Origin: Angustibacter luteus
GTDB taxonomy: Bacteria > Actinomycetota > Actinomycetes > Actinomycetales > Angustibacteraceae
DNA length: 64,000 bases
Direction of reading: 5' to 3'
Assembly (NCBI RefSeq): GCF_039541115.1
Contig: NZ_BAABFP010000004.1
Location: 310,001 to 374,000 of the forward strand
Shown: positions 9,804 through 18,863 of the stretch, one piece after another
Layout: each line of letters opens with the position of its first letter
How positions within the stretch are numbered: position 1 is the stretch's first letter
Made by a program: the position numbers and the translations under genes
The notes under the pieces: generated by a model
The model's input: the letters and a program-made list of their open reading frames with translations, nothing else
What the model was told of the DNA's origin: nothing
Databases searched by the model: none

Positions 9804-11057
9804 GTGCAACCCGCTCCGCCGGCGCAGGTGCCCGGGCTGACGCCCGGGCACCTCGCCCTGCCACGGTTGGTGTCCGCCGACCCGGACGCCTTCGCCCGCG
9901 AGGTCTGGGGTCACGAGGCCTGGCTCAGCCAGGCGGCTGACCTGCCCGGCGACGTCCACGACCTGCTGGACGCCGACGCCGTCGACGAGCTGGTCTCGTC
10001 GCGCGGGCTGCGCACCCCGTTCCTGCGGGTCGCCAAGAACGGCAGCACCCTGCCCGACCGGTCCTTCACCGCCGGCGGCGGCATCGGCGCCGCCGTGGGC
10101 GACCAGATCAGCGACGACAAGCTGCTGCGGCTGTTCGCGGACGGCGCGACGCTCGTCCTGCAGGGCCTGCACCGCACCTGGCCGCCGCTGGTCGCGTTCT
10201 GCCAGCAGCTCGCGGCCGAGCTCGGGCACCCGGTGCAGGCCAACGCGTACGTGACGCCGCCGCAGTCGCAGGGCTTCGACGACCACTACGACGTGCACGA
10301 CGTGTTCGTCCTGCAGGTCGAGGGTGAGAAGCGCTGGCGGATCCACGCCCCGGTGCACGAGGCGCCGCTGCGCGACCAGCCCTGGACGGACCGCCGCCAG
10401 GACGTCGCCCGGGCCGCCGCCACCGAGCCGCTGCTCGACGTTGTCCTCACCCCCGGTGACTGCCTCTACCTGCCGCGCGGCTTCCTGCACGCGGCGACCG
10501 CGCTCGGCGCGGTCAGCACCCACCTCACGCTCGGGGTGCACACCTGGACCCGGCACTCGCTGGCGCAGCAGGTCCTGGACCAGGCCCTCGCCAGCCTCGC
10601 CGCCGACCCTCAGGTGCGGCACTCGCTCGCCCTGGGCGCGGACGTCGCGGACCCCACGGCCATCGCCGACGACCTCGAGCTGATCCGCGGACGCCTGCTG
10701 GACGCCGTCCGGGACGTTGACGCGGCCGCGGTGGCCCAACGGCTGGCGGCGCACCGGCTGGCCGCTCAGCGCGCCGCGCCGGTCGCACCCCTCGCCCAGC
10801 TGCGCGAGGCGGCAGCGCTGACCGACGACGCTCCTCTACCAGCCGGGCTCGCGCTCCGTGCGCACCTGCTGCCGCAGCTGGTCGACGAACCCGACGGCGG
10901 AGCGGTCCTGCGCAGCCGGGCCGGCGACGTCCGGCTCCAGGCCGACCAGGTGGACTCCGTGCGCGAGCTCCTCAAGACCGGGCGCGCCGACGACCTCGGG
11001 TCTGCCCTGGCCCGCACCCTGCTGCTCACCGGGATCCTCGTAGCGCCGAACCGATGA
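9804..11057 (+). CDS. JmjC/cupin_4 Fe(II)/2-oxoglutarate oxygenase (ROX: NO66/MINA53/YcfD-like)
   Basis: ANAYVTPPQSQGFDDHYDVHDVFVLQVEGEKRW (HxD) and GDCLYLPRGFLH (distal His); start uncertain. Confidence 0.9.
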   Translation: MQPAPPAQVPGLTPGHLALPRLVSADPDAFAREVWGHEAWLSQAADLPGDVHDLLDADAVDELVSSRGLRTPFLRVAKNGSTLPDRSFTAGGGIGAAVGDQISDDKLLRLFADGATLVLQGLHRTWPPLVAFCQQLAAELGHPVQANAYVTPPQSQGFDDHYDVHDVFVLQVEGEKRWRIHAPVHEAPLRDQPWTDRRQDVARAAATEPLLDVVLTPGDCLYLPRGFLHAATALGAVSTHLTLGVHTWTRHSLAQQVLDQALASLAADPQVRHSLALGADVADPTAIADDLELIRGRLLDAVRDVDAAAVAQRLAAHRLAAQRAAPVAPLAQLREAAALTDDAPLPAGLALRAHLLPQLVDEPDGGAVLRSRAGDVRLQADQVDSVRELLKTGRADDLGSALARTLLLTGILVAPNR

Positions 11058-11998
11058 CCGACACGACCTTCCGCTGCGCCGACGCCGCTCGCGACCGGGA
11101 CGACCCGATGGTGGGGACGGCGGCCCCGGCGCGCCGCTGGCTGCTGATCGAGCACCCGGGGCCGTGGGCGCCGGAGGCGTTCGCGGAGTCCGGCATCGAG
11201 CGCGGCGTCCAGGAGCAGCTGCGCTCGGCGGCAGGGGCGTCCGGTGCCCGGATCCTGCTGGTGCGCCGTCCGGGGCGGGCGGACCCGCAGCGCGGTCCGC
11301 GGGCGTGGGCCGTGGTGGACCACGCGTCCGGCGTCCCCTCGGTGTGGGGCACGTGGACCGAGGACGGCGACCTGCTGGACGCTGCGCTCGCCCTGGATCC
11401 CGAGCGGGCGCCGGTCGGTCCGGTGCACGCCGCCGAGGAGCCCGTGCTGCTGGTGTGCACGCACGGCCGGCACGACACGTGCTGCGCGATCCGCGGTCGC
11501 CCGGTGGCGGCGGCGCTGGCGCAGCGCTGGCCGGACTGGACCTGGGAGTGCTCGCACGTCGGCGGCGACCGGTTCGCGGCCAACGTCGTGCTGCTCCCGG
11601 ACGGCGCGTACTACGGCTACCTGGACGCCGAGTCCGCGGTGCGGGTGGTCGAGCAGCACCTGGCCGGCCGGGTCGATGCCGACTTCCTGCGGGGGCTGTC
11701 CACCGAGCCGCCGGTGGTGCAGGCCGCCGTCGTGGAAGCGTTGCGGCAGTGGGGTCCTGTCGGTGCTCGGACGTTCCGCTCGGTGCACCTGGAGGCGTTG
11801 GACGACGGCGGCTGGCGGGTCGAGCTGGCCGGGCAGCCGGGGGCCGGCGTGCCGGACCGGGTGGGCCTCACGGTGCGACGAGCGACCCGCGCCGCCGCGC
11901 AGCTCACCTGCCGCGCCGGCGGCCCGGCCGCCTCGACGACGTACGAGGTGGTGGACGCGCGGGTGCTCGGGCCGACCTCGCCGGATGCGGCAGGATGA
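11054..11998 (+). CDS. sucrase/ferredoxin-like (thioredoxin-like 2Fe-2S, Apd1/Aim32 family) protein
   Basis: WLLIEHPGPW, VCTHGRHDTCCA, WECSHVGGDRFAAN, YYG motifs; ATGA overlap with the JmjC gene. Confidence 0.88.
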   Translation: MTDTTFRCADAARDRDDPMVGTAAPARRWLLIEHPGPWAPEAFAESGIERGVQEQLRSAAGASGARILLVRRPGRADPQRGPRAWAVVDHASGVPSVWGTWTEDGDLLDAALALDPERAPVGPVHAAEEPVLLVCTHGRHDTCCAIRGRPVAAALAQRWPDWTWECSHVGGDRFAANVVLLPDGAYYGYLDAESAVRVVEQHLAGRVDADFLRGLSTEPPVVQAAVVEALRQWGPVGARTFRSVHLEALDDGGWRVELAGQPGAGVPDRVGLTVRRATRAAAQLTCRAGGPAASTTYEVVDARVLGPTSPDAAG

Positions 11999-12002
11999 CC
12001 GC

Positions 12003-12800
12003 ATGCGGATGGTGGCGACCGACCTCGACGGCACGATCGTCGGAGCGGACGGCGCGGTCAGCGCTCGCACGGTCGCGGCCCTGCAGGCCTGCCAGGACGC
12101 CGGGGTGCTCGTCGTCTACGTGACCGGCCGGCCGGTCCGCTGGATGGCCGAGGTGGTGGAGCAGACCGGGCACAGCGGGATCGCCCTGTGCGGCAACGGC
12201 GCCGTGGTCTACGACCTCGCCGCCGAGCAGGTGGTCACGGCGCGCACGCTGTCACCGGAGGTGGCGGTGGAGGTGGCCGACCGGCTGCGCGCGTCCATGT
12301 CGGACGCCCAGTTCGCCGTCGAGACGCTGGCCGGGTTCCGGCTCGAGCCGGGCTTCCAGCCGCACTGGGACGACGCCTTCCGGCCGTTCCCCGAAGGTGA
12401 CCTCGGGCAGCTGCTGGCCGACGACCCTGGCCTGCTGAAGCTCTTGTGCCGCAGCGAGTCCCGGCTGGCCGACGACATGCTGGCCCGGGCGATCCAGGCG
12501 CTGGACGGGCTGGCCGCCCCCACCCACTCGAACCCGCGGGACTGCCTGCTGGAGGTCTCGGCGCTCGGCGTCGGCAAGGCGAGCGCGTTGGCCGAGCTGG
12601 CCGCCGAGCACGGCATCGACCCGGCGGATGTCGTCGCCTTCGGGGACATGCCGAACGACCTGGACATGCTCGCCTGGGCCGGCCGCGGCTACGCGATGGA
12701 CGGCGGGCACGCCGACGTCCTGGCTGTGGCCCAGCACGTCGCGCCGCCGATCCACGAGGACGGCGTCGCCCAGGTCCTGGAGTCCCTCCTCGCCCCCTGA
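12003..12800 (+). CDS. Cof-type HAD-IIB hydrolase
   Basis: ATDLDGT, VTGR, NGA, GVGKA, FGDMPNDLDML motifs. Confidence 0.92.
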   Translation: MRMVATDLDGTIVGADGAVSARTVAALQACQDAGVLVVYVTGRPVRWMAEVVEQTGHSGIALCGNGAVVYDLAAEQVVTARTLSPEVAVEVADRLRASMSDAQFAVETLAGFRLEPGFQPHWDDAFRPFPEGDLGQLLADDPGLLKLLCRSESRLADDMLARAIQALDGLAAPTHSNPRDCLLEVSALGVGKASALAELAAEHGIDPADVVAFGDMPNDLDMLAWAGRGYAMDGGHADVLAVAQHVAPPIHEDGVAQVLESLLAP

Positions 12801-12863
12801 CGCAGATAGGCCACTATCCGGGGTCATGGGGGCTCGAAAGGCCCGGATAGCGGGCTATTTGCG
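12801..12863. terminator. 22-bp imperfect inverted repeat between convergent genes (terminator or REP-like)
   Basis: CGCAGATAGGCCACTATCCGGG ... CCCGGATAGCGGGCTATTTGCG, 3 mismatches. Confidence 0.6.
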
Positions 12864-13463
12864 CTAGAGGTACTGGCCGGTGTTGGGGGGCTGCTGGCTG
12901 GGGTGCTGGGGCTGGCCAGGGTGCTGGGGATGGCCGGGCAGGCCGTCCGGGGGCATCGCGCCGGGCGGCAGGGCGCGGCGCATCTCCTCCAGCTGGGCGC
13001 GGGCGGCCATCTGCTGGGCCATCAAGGCGGTCTGGATGCCGTGGAACAGCCCCTCCAGCCACCCGACGAGCTGGGCCTGGGCGATCCGCAGCTCGGCGTC
13101 CGAGGGGGTCTGGTCACCGCTGAACGGCAAGGTGATCCGGCGCAGCTCGTCGACGAGCTCGGGGGCCAGACCCTGCTCGAGCTCGGTCAGCGAGCGCTCG
13201 TGGATCGCCGCGAGGCGGCTGCGCCCGGCGTCGTCCAGCGGCGCGGAGCGCACCTCCTCGAGCAGCTGCTTGATCATGCTGCCGATCCGCATGACCTTCG
13301 CGGGCTGCTCGATGAGGTCGGCCGGGTTGCGCTCGGCGTCCTCACCCTCCCCGGTGCCGTCTCCGGACCCGCTACCGGACGACGACACGCCCATCCCGTC
13401 CTGGGTGACCACCACGAAGCGGTCCTGCTCGGGTCCCGGGTTCGTCTCGTCAGGCTGGCTCAT
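12864..13463 (-). CDS. bpa: bacterial proteasome activator (Bpa/PafE)
   Basis: QPAKVMRIGSMIKQLLEEVR, ELRIAQAQLVGWLEGLFHGIQ and C-terminal GQYL motif. Confidence 0.95.
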   Translation of the reverse strand: MSQPDETNPGPEQDRFVVVTQDGMGVSSSGSGSGDGTGEGEDAERNPADLIEQPAKVMRIGSMIKQLLEEVRSAPLDDAGRSRLAAIHERSLTELEQGLAPELVDELRRITLPFSGDQTPSDAELRIAQAQLVGWLEGLFHGIQTALMAQQMAARAQLEEMRRALPPGAMPPDGLPGHPQHPGQPQHPSQQPPNTGQYL

Positions 13464-13481
13464 GCCCCCATCCTGCCCCCA

Positions 13482-16232
13482 TCACTGGCCCAACCGCCGG
13501 GTGAGCGGCAGCCGGGAGCGCACCCCCAGCCCGGCGGCGGCCGCCGCCAGCAGCGGGACGCCGATCCCGATCAGCGCCAGCATCAGCCACGGGATGGCGA
13601 TGATGGGCGTCCCCCAGACGTAGTTGCCGTTCGCGTCGTTGTGCTGGGCCGTGAGCGGCCACGCCACCGCGATCCCGGGCACGAGGCCGACGGCGATCCC
13701 GGCCAGGCTGCCGAGCAGCCCGATCACCACGGCCTGGGCGGCCGCCATGGTCCGGCGGGTGCGCGGGCGGGCGCCGATGGCGGCCAGGGTCGCGGCATCC
13801 GGTCGGCTGTCCACCAGCGCGAGCCCCGTGGCCGTCAACGTGCCGACGAGCACCGCCAGCGCGGCGACCGCGATCAGTCCGACCAGCGGCAGCGCGAAGG
13901 ACTCGTCGAAGCCGCGCTCGGTGTAGACCTCGGCGTACCGGGTGGTGCCGAGCAGGCTCTCCTGCAGCTTGTCCTGGGCACTCCGGCTCAGCGGGTTCGC
14001 CGACGGGGACAGGACCGCGCTGGTCTGCTGCCAGGCGATGCCGAGCTGCTTCGCAGTCGTCGGCGTCATGATCGCGCCGACGACCGTGAGCATCGTGCCC
14101 TGGCGCATCGGCGGCAGGGCGGCGGCGCGCACCCGGTGCACCTGGAGGTCACGGGTCTTGGCCGTGCCGCCGTAGTACACGTCGTACGTCATCAGGGTCG
14201 CGTGGCTGGTGCTGTCGATCAACGCGGGACTGGGTAGCAGCACACCGCCGGCGTCCAGCACAGCCTGCTGGTTGGCGTCGAGCTGGTACCCCAGTGCGGC
14301 GAGCGCCGCTCGGTCGGCCACCACGCTCGGCGTGCTGCTGTAGCTGTTGGGTCGGTCGTTCAGGCCCGCGGTCTGCCAGTTCAGGCAGTCGTCGGCGGGC
14401 TGGCTCGCCTCGCTCGCCAGCTCGATGGGCTCGGCCGGGCAACCCTTCGGCGGGACGTAGACGCTCGGGGACCAGCTCGACCCTGGGTCGGTCCGTCCCA
14501 GCGACCCGACCGGCAGCAGCTCACGCCCGGGAGCCAGCTGCTTCGCGGTGGTGTTCGCGGCGGTCCACCAGGCGTCGTCCACGCTGTCGGCAGTGATGGT
14601 CGTGACGCCGGCCGCCTGCCGCGGCTGGTAGTCCCGCCGGCTCTGCGCGAAGTCGCTGCTGGCGCCGATGGCCAGCGTGGTGACGCCGGCCACGGCAGCC
14701 ATCACCGCCGCGACGGCCGGGGCGGTGCGGCCGCGCTGGCGCGCGCTGTCCCGGGTGGCCAGCCGCAGGCCCAGGGGCAGGTGGCGGCCCAGCCGCCCGA
14801 TGCCGCCGACCACGGACGGCATGAGCGCGATGGCGCCGAGCACCATGACCAGCGTGCCGCCGGCCACCCAGTACTCACCGCCCTGCTTCGTGCCAAGCAC
14901 CAGGGCGGCCGCCGCACCGGCGCCGAGCAGCACCGCCCCGAGCACGGGCAGCCCGCGCCGTGACCGCACGGTCCCGCGCCGCCCCGCGAGCACGGCGACG
15001 ACGTCCTGACGGGCGGCGGCGCGGGCCGGGAAGTACGCCGCGGTCAGCGCCGCGACCGCCCCCAGCGCGGCCGCGACGAGCAAGGGGAGCCAGGCCACGT
15101 CGAACGGTCCGAGCACCGACTGCGGCCTGACCCGCGGCACGGCCCACACGATCAGGGCGCCCAGCGGGATGCCGAGCAGTGCGCCGGCCACCGCGGCGAG
15201 CGCACCGGTGGTGAGCGCCTGGGCCAGCACGATCCGGCGGACGTCGCGGGCCGTGCCGCCCGCGGCGGCGACGAGCGCGAGCTGGCGGCGCTGGCGGCGC
15301 ACCCCGACGGCGAACGCCGGCCCGGCCAGCAGAATCACCTCGAGCACGATGGAGAACACGACCAGGACGAGCACGGCCCGGTCGGCGTTGCTCGAGCCGT
15401 ACTCGGTGAACGCCTCGGGGTTCGTGAGGGTGGACTGCCAGTCGGCGGGCGGGTGCTGCACGACCGAGCGGGAGGTGACGGCCAGCCCGACCTTGTTGAG
15501 CTCGCGGACCCGCGCCCAGCTGACCGGGTCCGGGCCACGCAGCAGGTAGATGTGCTGGACGTCGTCCCCGCTGGGCTGGGCGAACGGGGCGTTCGGCAGT
15601 CCCAGCACCATCGCGTCGTCGTACACCGTGGGCACCACCCCGGTGCCGACGACGCGCGCCGTCCGGCCGGCGTCCGCGCTGTCGGCTCCGGCCGGCAGCA
15701 GCTCGATCGTGTGGCCCACGCCGAACCCGTGATCGGCGACCCACGGGGAGACCAGCACCTCGTCGTCCGTGCGGGGGTAGCGCCCCTCGCGCAGCGTGCT
15801 GAAGCCGGCGAGCTGCGGCGAGCCGGCGTCCGCGGCCACCACGTGCACGGGCAGCCGGCCGCGTTCAGTCCGCATCGTGCTGCTCGTGGACGTGATGTCG
15901 AGCAGGTCGCCGCCGACGGCCGTGCGCACCTTGTCCGGAGTCCACTCGCCGGCGTCCGAGCCCTGTTCCGAGAGCGTGCTCCAGTTCGAACCGTCCACGT
16001 TCTGGTCGATCGGGTCGCTGCCCGTGGGCGTGACGAGCGCCTGGGCCTGGCCGAGCTGCTGGTTGAGCTGCTCGACGGACGTCATGTCGTTGGTCTCGTA
16101 GACGGTGGCGAAGGTCGAGACGGCGAGCACGGGCAGACCGACCATCACGGCGACAAGGGCGTTGCGTCCCTTGTGCCGCACCAGGTCTCGTCGGGCGACC
16201 CGCAGTGCGGGTCGCCATCCGGCCAGGCTCAC
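13482..16232 (-). CDS. FtsX/MacB-like ABC transporter permease (two repeats)
   Basis: Multiple TM segments; RRQLALVAAAGG and ATLAAIGA motifs; coupled to the ATPase gene. Confidence 0.88.
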   Translation of the reverse strand: MSLAGWRPALRVARRDLVRHKGRNALVAVMVGLPVLAVSTFATVYETNDMTSVEQLNQQLGQAQALVTPTGSDPIDQNVDGSNWSTLSEQGSDAGEWTPDKVRTAVGGDLLDITSTSSTMRTERGRLPVHVVAADAGSPQLAGFSTLREGRYPRTDDEVLVSPWVADHGFGVGHTIELLPAGADSADAGRTARVVGTGVVPTVYDDAMVLGLPNAPFAQPSGDDVQHIYLLRGPDPVSWARVRELNKVGLAVTSRSVVQHPPADWQSTLTNPEAFTEYGSSNADRAVLVLVVFSIVLEVILLAGPAFAVGVRRQRRQLALVAAAGGTARDVRRIVLAQALTTGALAAVAGALLGIPLGALIVWAVPRVRPQSVLGPFDVAWLPLLVAAALGAVAALTAAYFPARAAARQDVVAVLAGRRGTVRSRRGLPVLGAVLLGAGAAAALVLGTKQGGEYWVAGGTLVMVLGAIALMPSVVGGIGRLGRHLPLGLRLATRDSARQRGRTAPAVAAVMAAVAGVTTLAIGASSDFAQSRRDYQPRQAAGVTTITADSVDDAWWTAANTTAKQLAPGRELLPVGSLGRTDPGSSWSPSVYVPPKGCPAEPIELASEASQPADDCLNWQTAGLNDRPNSYSSTPSVVADRAALAALGYQLDANQQAVLDAGGVLLPSPALIDSTSHATLMTYDVYYGGTAKTRDLQVHRVRAAALPPMRQGTMLTVVGAIMTPTTAKQLGIAWQQTSAVLSPSANPLSRSAQDKLQESLLGTTRYAEVYTERGFDESFALPLVGLIAVAALAVLVGTLTATGLALVDSRPDAATLAAIGARPRTRRTMAAAQAVVIGLLGSLAGIAVGLVPGIAVAWPLTAQHNDANGNYVWGTPIIAIPWLMLALIGIGVPLLAAAAAGLGVRSRLPLTRRLGQ

Positions 16233-17002
16233 GCCGTCCCCTCCTGGTTGTCGCGCAGCAGGACCTCGGCCTCGGGGGCGTCGCCGGTGGTGTCGACCAC
16301 GACGCCGTCGCGCAGGAAGACCACCCGGTCCGCCCAGGCGGCGTGCCGGGCCTCGTGGGTGACCAGCAACCCGGCGCAGCCGGCGTCCACCCGGGCGCGC
16401 AGCACGCGCAGCACGGCCTCACCGGTCTCGGAGTCCAGGGCGCCGGTGGGCTCGTCCGCGAGGACCAGACGGCGGTCGCCGACCAGCGCGCGGGCGATCG
16501 CGGTGCGCTGCTGCTGCCCGCCGGACATCTCGTCCGGGAACCGGTCCGCCAGGTCGGCGACGCCGACCTCGGCGAGTGCCTCGCGGGCCTGCTTGCGGGC
16601 GGTGCCCGACCGGACGCCGTCCAGCTCGAGCGGGAGCATGACGTTCTCGACCGCGGTGAGGGCGGGGATGAGGTTGAGGTCCTGGAACACGTACCCGAGG
16701 CTCCGCCGACGCAGCGCCGCGATCTCGCCGCGCTTCAGCTGGGACAGGGGCTGCAGCTCGACGTACACCTCGCCGGACGTCGGGGTGTCCAGGCCGCCGG
16801 CCAGGCTGAGCAGGGTGGACTTGCCGGAGCCGCTCGGCCCCATCACCGCGACCAGCTCACCGGGGCGGACGGTGAGGCTGACGTCGCGCAGCGCGTGCAC
16901 GGCCGTGTCGCCCTCGCCGTGCACGCGGGAGACGCCGCTCAGCTCGAGCACCGCGTTGGTGGTGCTGCCGGTGGACGTGCGCAGGCTCTCGGTGGCGGTC
17001 AT
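16229..17002 (-). CDS. ABC transporter ATP-binding protein (LolD/MacB-like)
   Basis: GPSGSGKS, MSGGQQQR, LADEPTGALD, VTH. Confidence 0.95.
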   Translation of the reverse strand: MTATESLRTSTGSTTNAVLELSGVSRVHGEGDTAVHALRDVSLTVRPGELVAVMGPSGSGKSTLLSLAGGLDTPTSGEVYVELQPLSQLKRGEIAALRRRSLGYVFQDLNLIPALTAVENVMLPLELDGVRSGTARKQAREALAEVGVADLADRFPDEMSGGQQQRTAIARALVGDRRLVLADEPTGALDSETGEAVLRVLRARVDAGCAGLLVTHEARHAAWADRVVFLRDGVVVDTTGDAPEAEVLLRDNQEGTA

Positions 17003-17622
17003 CGCTGCGCCCCCTGCGTCGGCGCCTGCGCAACGTCCGAGTCAAGGGCGGCTACAGGTGCGATCGGTTCGGACGTCGTGGGGGGTGGCGGGGTCTCGTG
17101 GGCGCGGCGCAGCAGGCGGGCCTCGACGTGGTCGAGCCAGCGGACCTCGGCCTCCGCGGCGAACACCAGGCTGTCCAGCACCAGCAGCCAGGCCAGGTCG
17201 TCGTTCTCGGTGGCCCGCTGCTTGAGCCGGGTCAGGTCACGCAGCGAGCGCATGGTCTGGGTGCGCTGGGACTGCACCACGGCGGGGACGTCGACCCCGG
17301 GCACGGTGACCGCGAGCGCCAGCTTGATGGCGAGCTCGTCACGCGGCCGGTCCTCGCGGTCGACCGGGGTGAGCCACCAGCGCTCGACGGTCCCCCGACC
17401 GTCCGTCGTCAGCCGGTAGGCGATGCGCCCCTCCTCGTCCGGCCCCCCTGCGGCCTCGACGAGTCCGTCGCGCTCGAGCCGGTTGAGCGTCGTGTAGACC
17501 TGCCCGACGTTCAGCGGCCATGTCCCGCCGGTGCGGGCCTCGAACTCGGACCGTAGCTGCGCCCCGTACATCGGCTGCTCCGCGAGCAGCGCCAGCAGCC
17601 CCTGCCGGATCGACATCGACAT
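16999..17622 (-). CDS. PadR-family transcriptional regulator
   Basis: LLALLAEQPMYGAQL...NVGQVYTTLNRLERDGLV...YRLT; AGAAGGGG RBS. Confidence 0.92.
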   Translation of the reverse strand: MSMSIRQGLLALLAEQPMYGAQLRSEFEARTGGTWPLNVGQVYTTLNRLERDGLVEAAGGPDEEGRIAYRLTTDGRGTVERWWLTPVDREDRPRDELAIKLALAVTVPGVDVPAVVQSQRTQTMRSLRDLTRLKQRATENDDLAWLLVLDSLVFAAEAEVRWLDHVEARLLRRAHETPPPPTTSEPIAPVAALDSDVAQAPTQGAQR

Positions 17623-17629
17623 CCCCTTC

Positions 17630-17674
17630 TGTATACCGAGTATTGCCTCGCTGAGCAGCATGTATACCCGGTAT
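17630..17674. promoter_or_regulatory. two palindromic ATAC-N3-GTAT boxes, probable PadR operators
   Basis: TGTATACCGAGTAT (17630-17643) and TGTATACCCGGTAT (17661-17674) just upstream of padR. Confidence 0.65.
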
Positions 17675-17710
17675 GTAGAGGGCAGTGCAAGCCCGCCGCA
17701 CGACTCCCAC

Positions 17711-17807
17711 CCCCCGCGGTGATCATGCACGTTCGCCCCGCTCACCCGGGGGCGGGCGCCCGCCGGACGTCGCCCGGCGGGGCGAACGTGCATGATCACC
17801 GCGGGGG
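17711..17807. repeat. intergenic inverted-repeat element, copy 1 (REP/MITE-like)
   Basis: Perfect 31-bp arms containing GTGATCATGCACGTTCGCCC, 35-bp spacer. Confidence 0.9.
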
Positions 17808-17821
17808 TGGTGGGGGCTGAG

Positions 17822-18799
17822 CTAGGTGGTGAGCAGCACCTTGCCGATGTGCTGAGAGTCCTCGAGCAGCTGGTGGGCGCGGCCCGCCTCGGCCAGCGGG
17901 AGCACCGTGTCGACCACGGGCCGCACCCGGCCGGCCTCCACGAGCGGCCAGACGTGCTCGCGCACCGCGGCCACGATGGCCGCCTTCTCGGCGACCGGAC
18001 GCGCCCGCAGCGACGTCGCGATCACCGCCGCGCGCTTGCGCATGAGCAGGCCCAGGTCGAGCTCGGCCTTCGTCCCGCCCTGCAGGCCGATGGTCACCTG
18101 CCGGCCGTTCACCGCCAGCGCCTCGACGTTGCGGGCCAGGTACTTCGCCCCCATGTTGTCCAGGATCACGTCCGCGCCGTGCCCGTCGGTCGCCGTCCGC
18201 ACCGCCTCGACGAAGTCGTCCTCGCGGTAGTTCACCAGGATGTCGGCCCCGAGCTCGCGGCAGCGCTCCAGCTTCGCGGCCGACCCGGCGGTCACCGCCA
18301 CCCGGGCGCCGACCTCCCGAGCCAGCTGGATCGCCATCGTGCCGATGCCGCTCGACCCGCCGTGCACGAGCAGCACCTCGCCCGGCCGCAGCCCCGCCGT
18401 CAGGAACACGTTGCTCCACACCGTGCACGCCACCTCGGGCAGCCCACCGGCCTCCACCAGCGTCACCCCGGACGGCGCCGGCAGCAGCTGCCCGGCCGGC
18501 ACCGCCACCAGCTCCGCGTACCCCCCACCGGCCAGCACCGCGCACACCGGCGCGCCGACGTCCCAGCCCTCGACGCCCTCACCGAGCGCCTCGACCGTGC
18601 CACTGCACTCCAGCCCCAGGTACTCCGACGCCCCCGCCGGCGGCGGGTAGTGCCCCTGGCGCTGCATCACGTCCGCGCGGTTCACCCCCGCCGCAACCAC
18701 CCGGACCAGCACCTCACCCGGCCCGGGCTCGGCGTCCGGGACCTCGGACAACGACAGGACGTCGGGCCCGCCGGGGCCACTCATCGTGATCGCGCGCAT
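17822..18799 (-). CDS. NAD(P)H-quinone oxidoreductase (PIG3/zeta-crystallin, MDR family)
   Basis: GVNRADVMQRQGHYPPP, LGLECSG, VHGGSSGIG, HIGKVLL. Confidence 0.93.
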   Translation of the reverse strand: MRAITMSGPGGPDVLSLSEVPDAEPGPGEVLVRVVAAGVNRADVMQRQGHYPPPAGASEYLGLECSGTVEALGEGVEGWDVGAPVCAVLAGGGYAELVAVPAGQLLPAPSGVTLVEAGGLPEVACTVWSNVFLTAGLRPGEVLLVHGGSSGIGTMAIQLAREVGARVAVTAGSAAKLERCRELGADILVNYREDDFVEAVRTATDGHGADVILDNMGAKYLARNVEALAVNGRQVTIGLQGGTKAELDLGLLMRKRAAVIATSLRARPVAEKAAIVAAVREHVWPLVEAGRVRPVVDTVLPLAEAGRAHQLLEDSQHIGKVLLTT

Positions 18800-18863
18800 G
18801 GCCCGACCCTAGGCAGGAAACCCGTGTGCGGCGACAGCGCCTCCGGGAGCACACTGGCCGATC

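Noticed and set aside
9049..9864. Alternative frames of the repeat (RHRQH-rich on the minus strand; VLTVA-rich on the plus strand)
   Set aside because: Unit differences are non-synonymous in these frames; no RBS support; they overlap real genes
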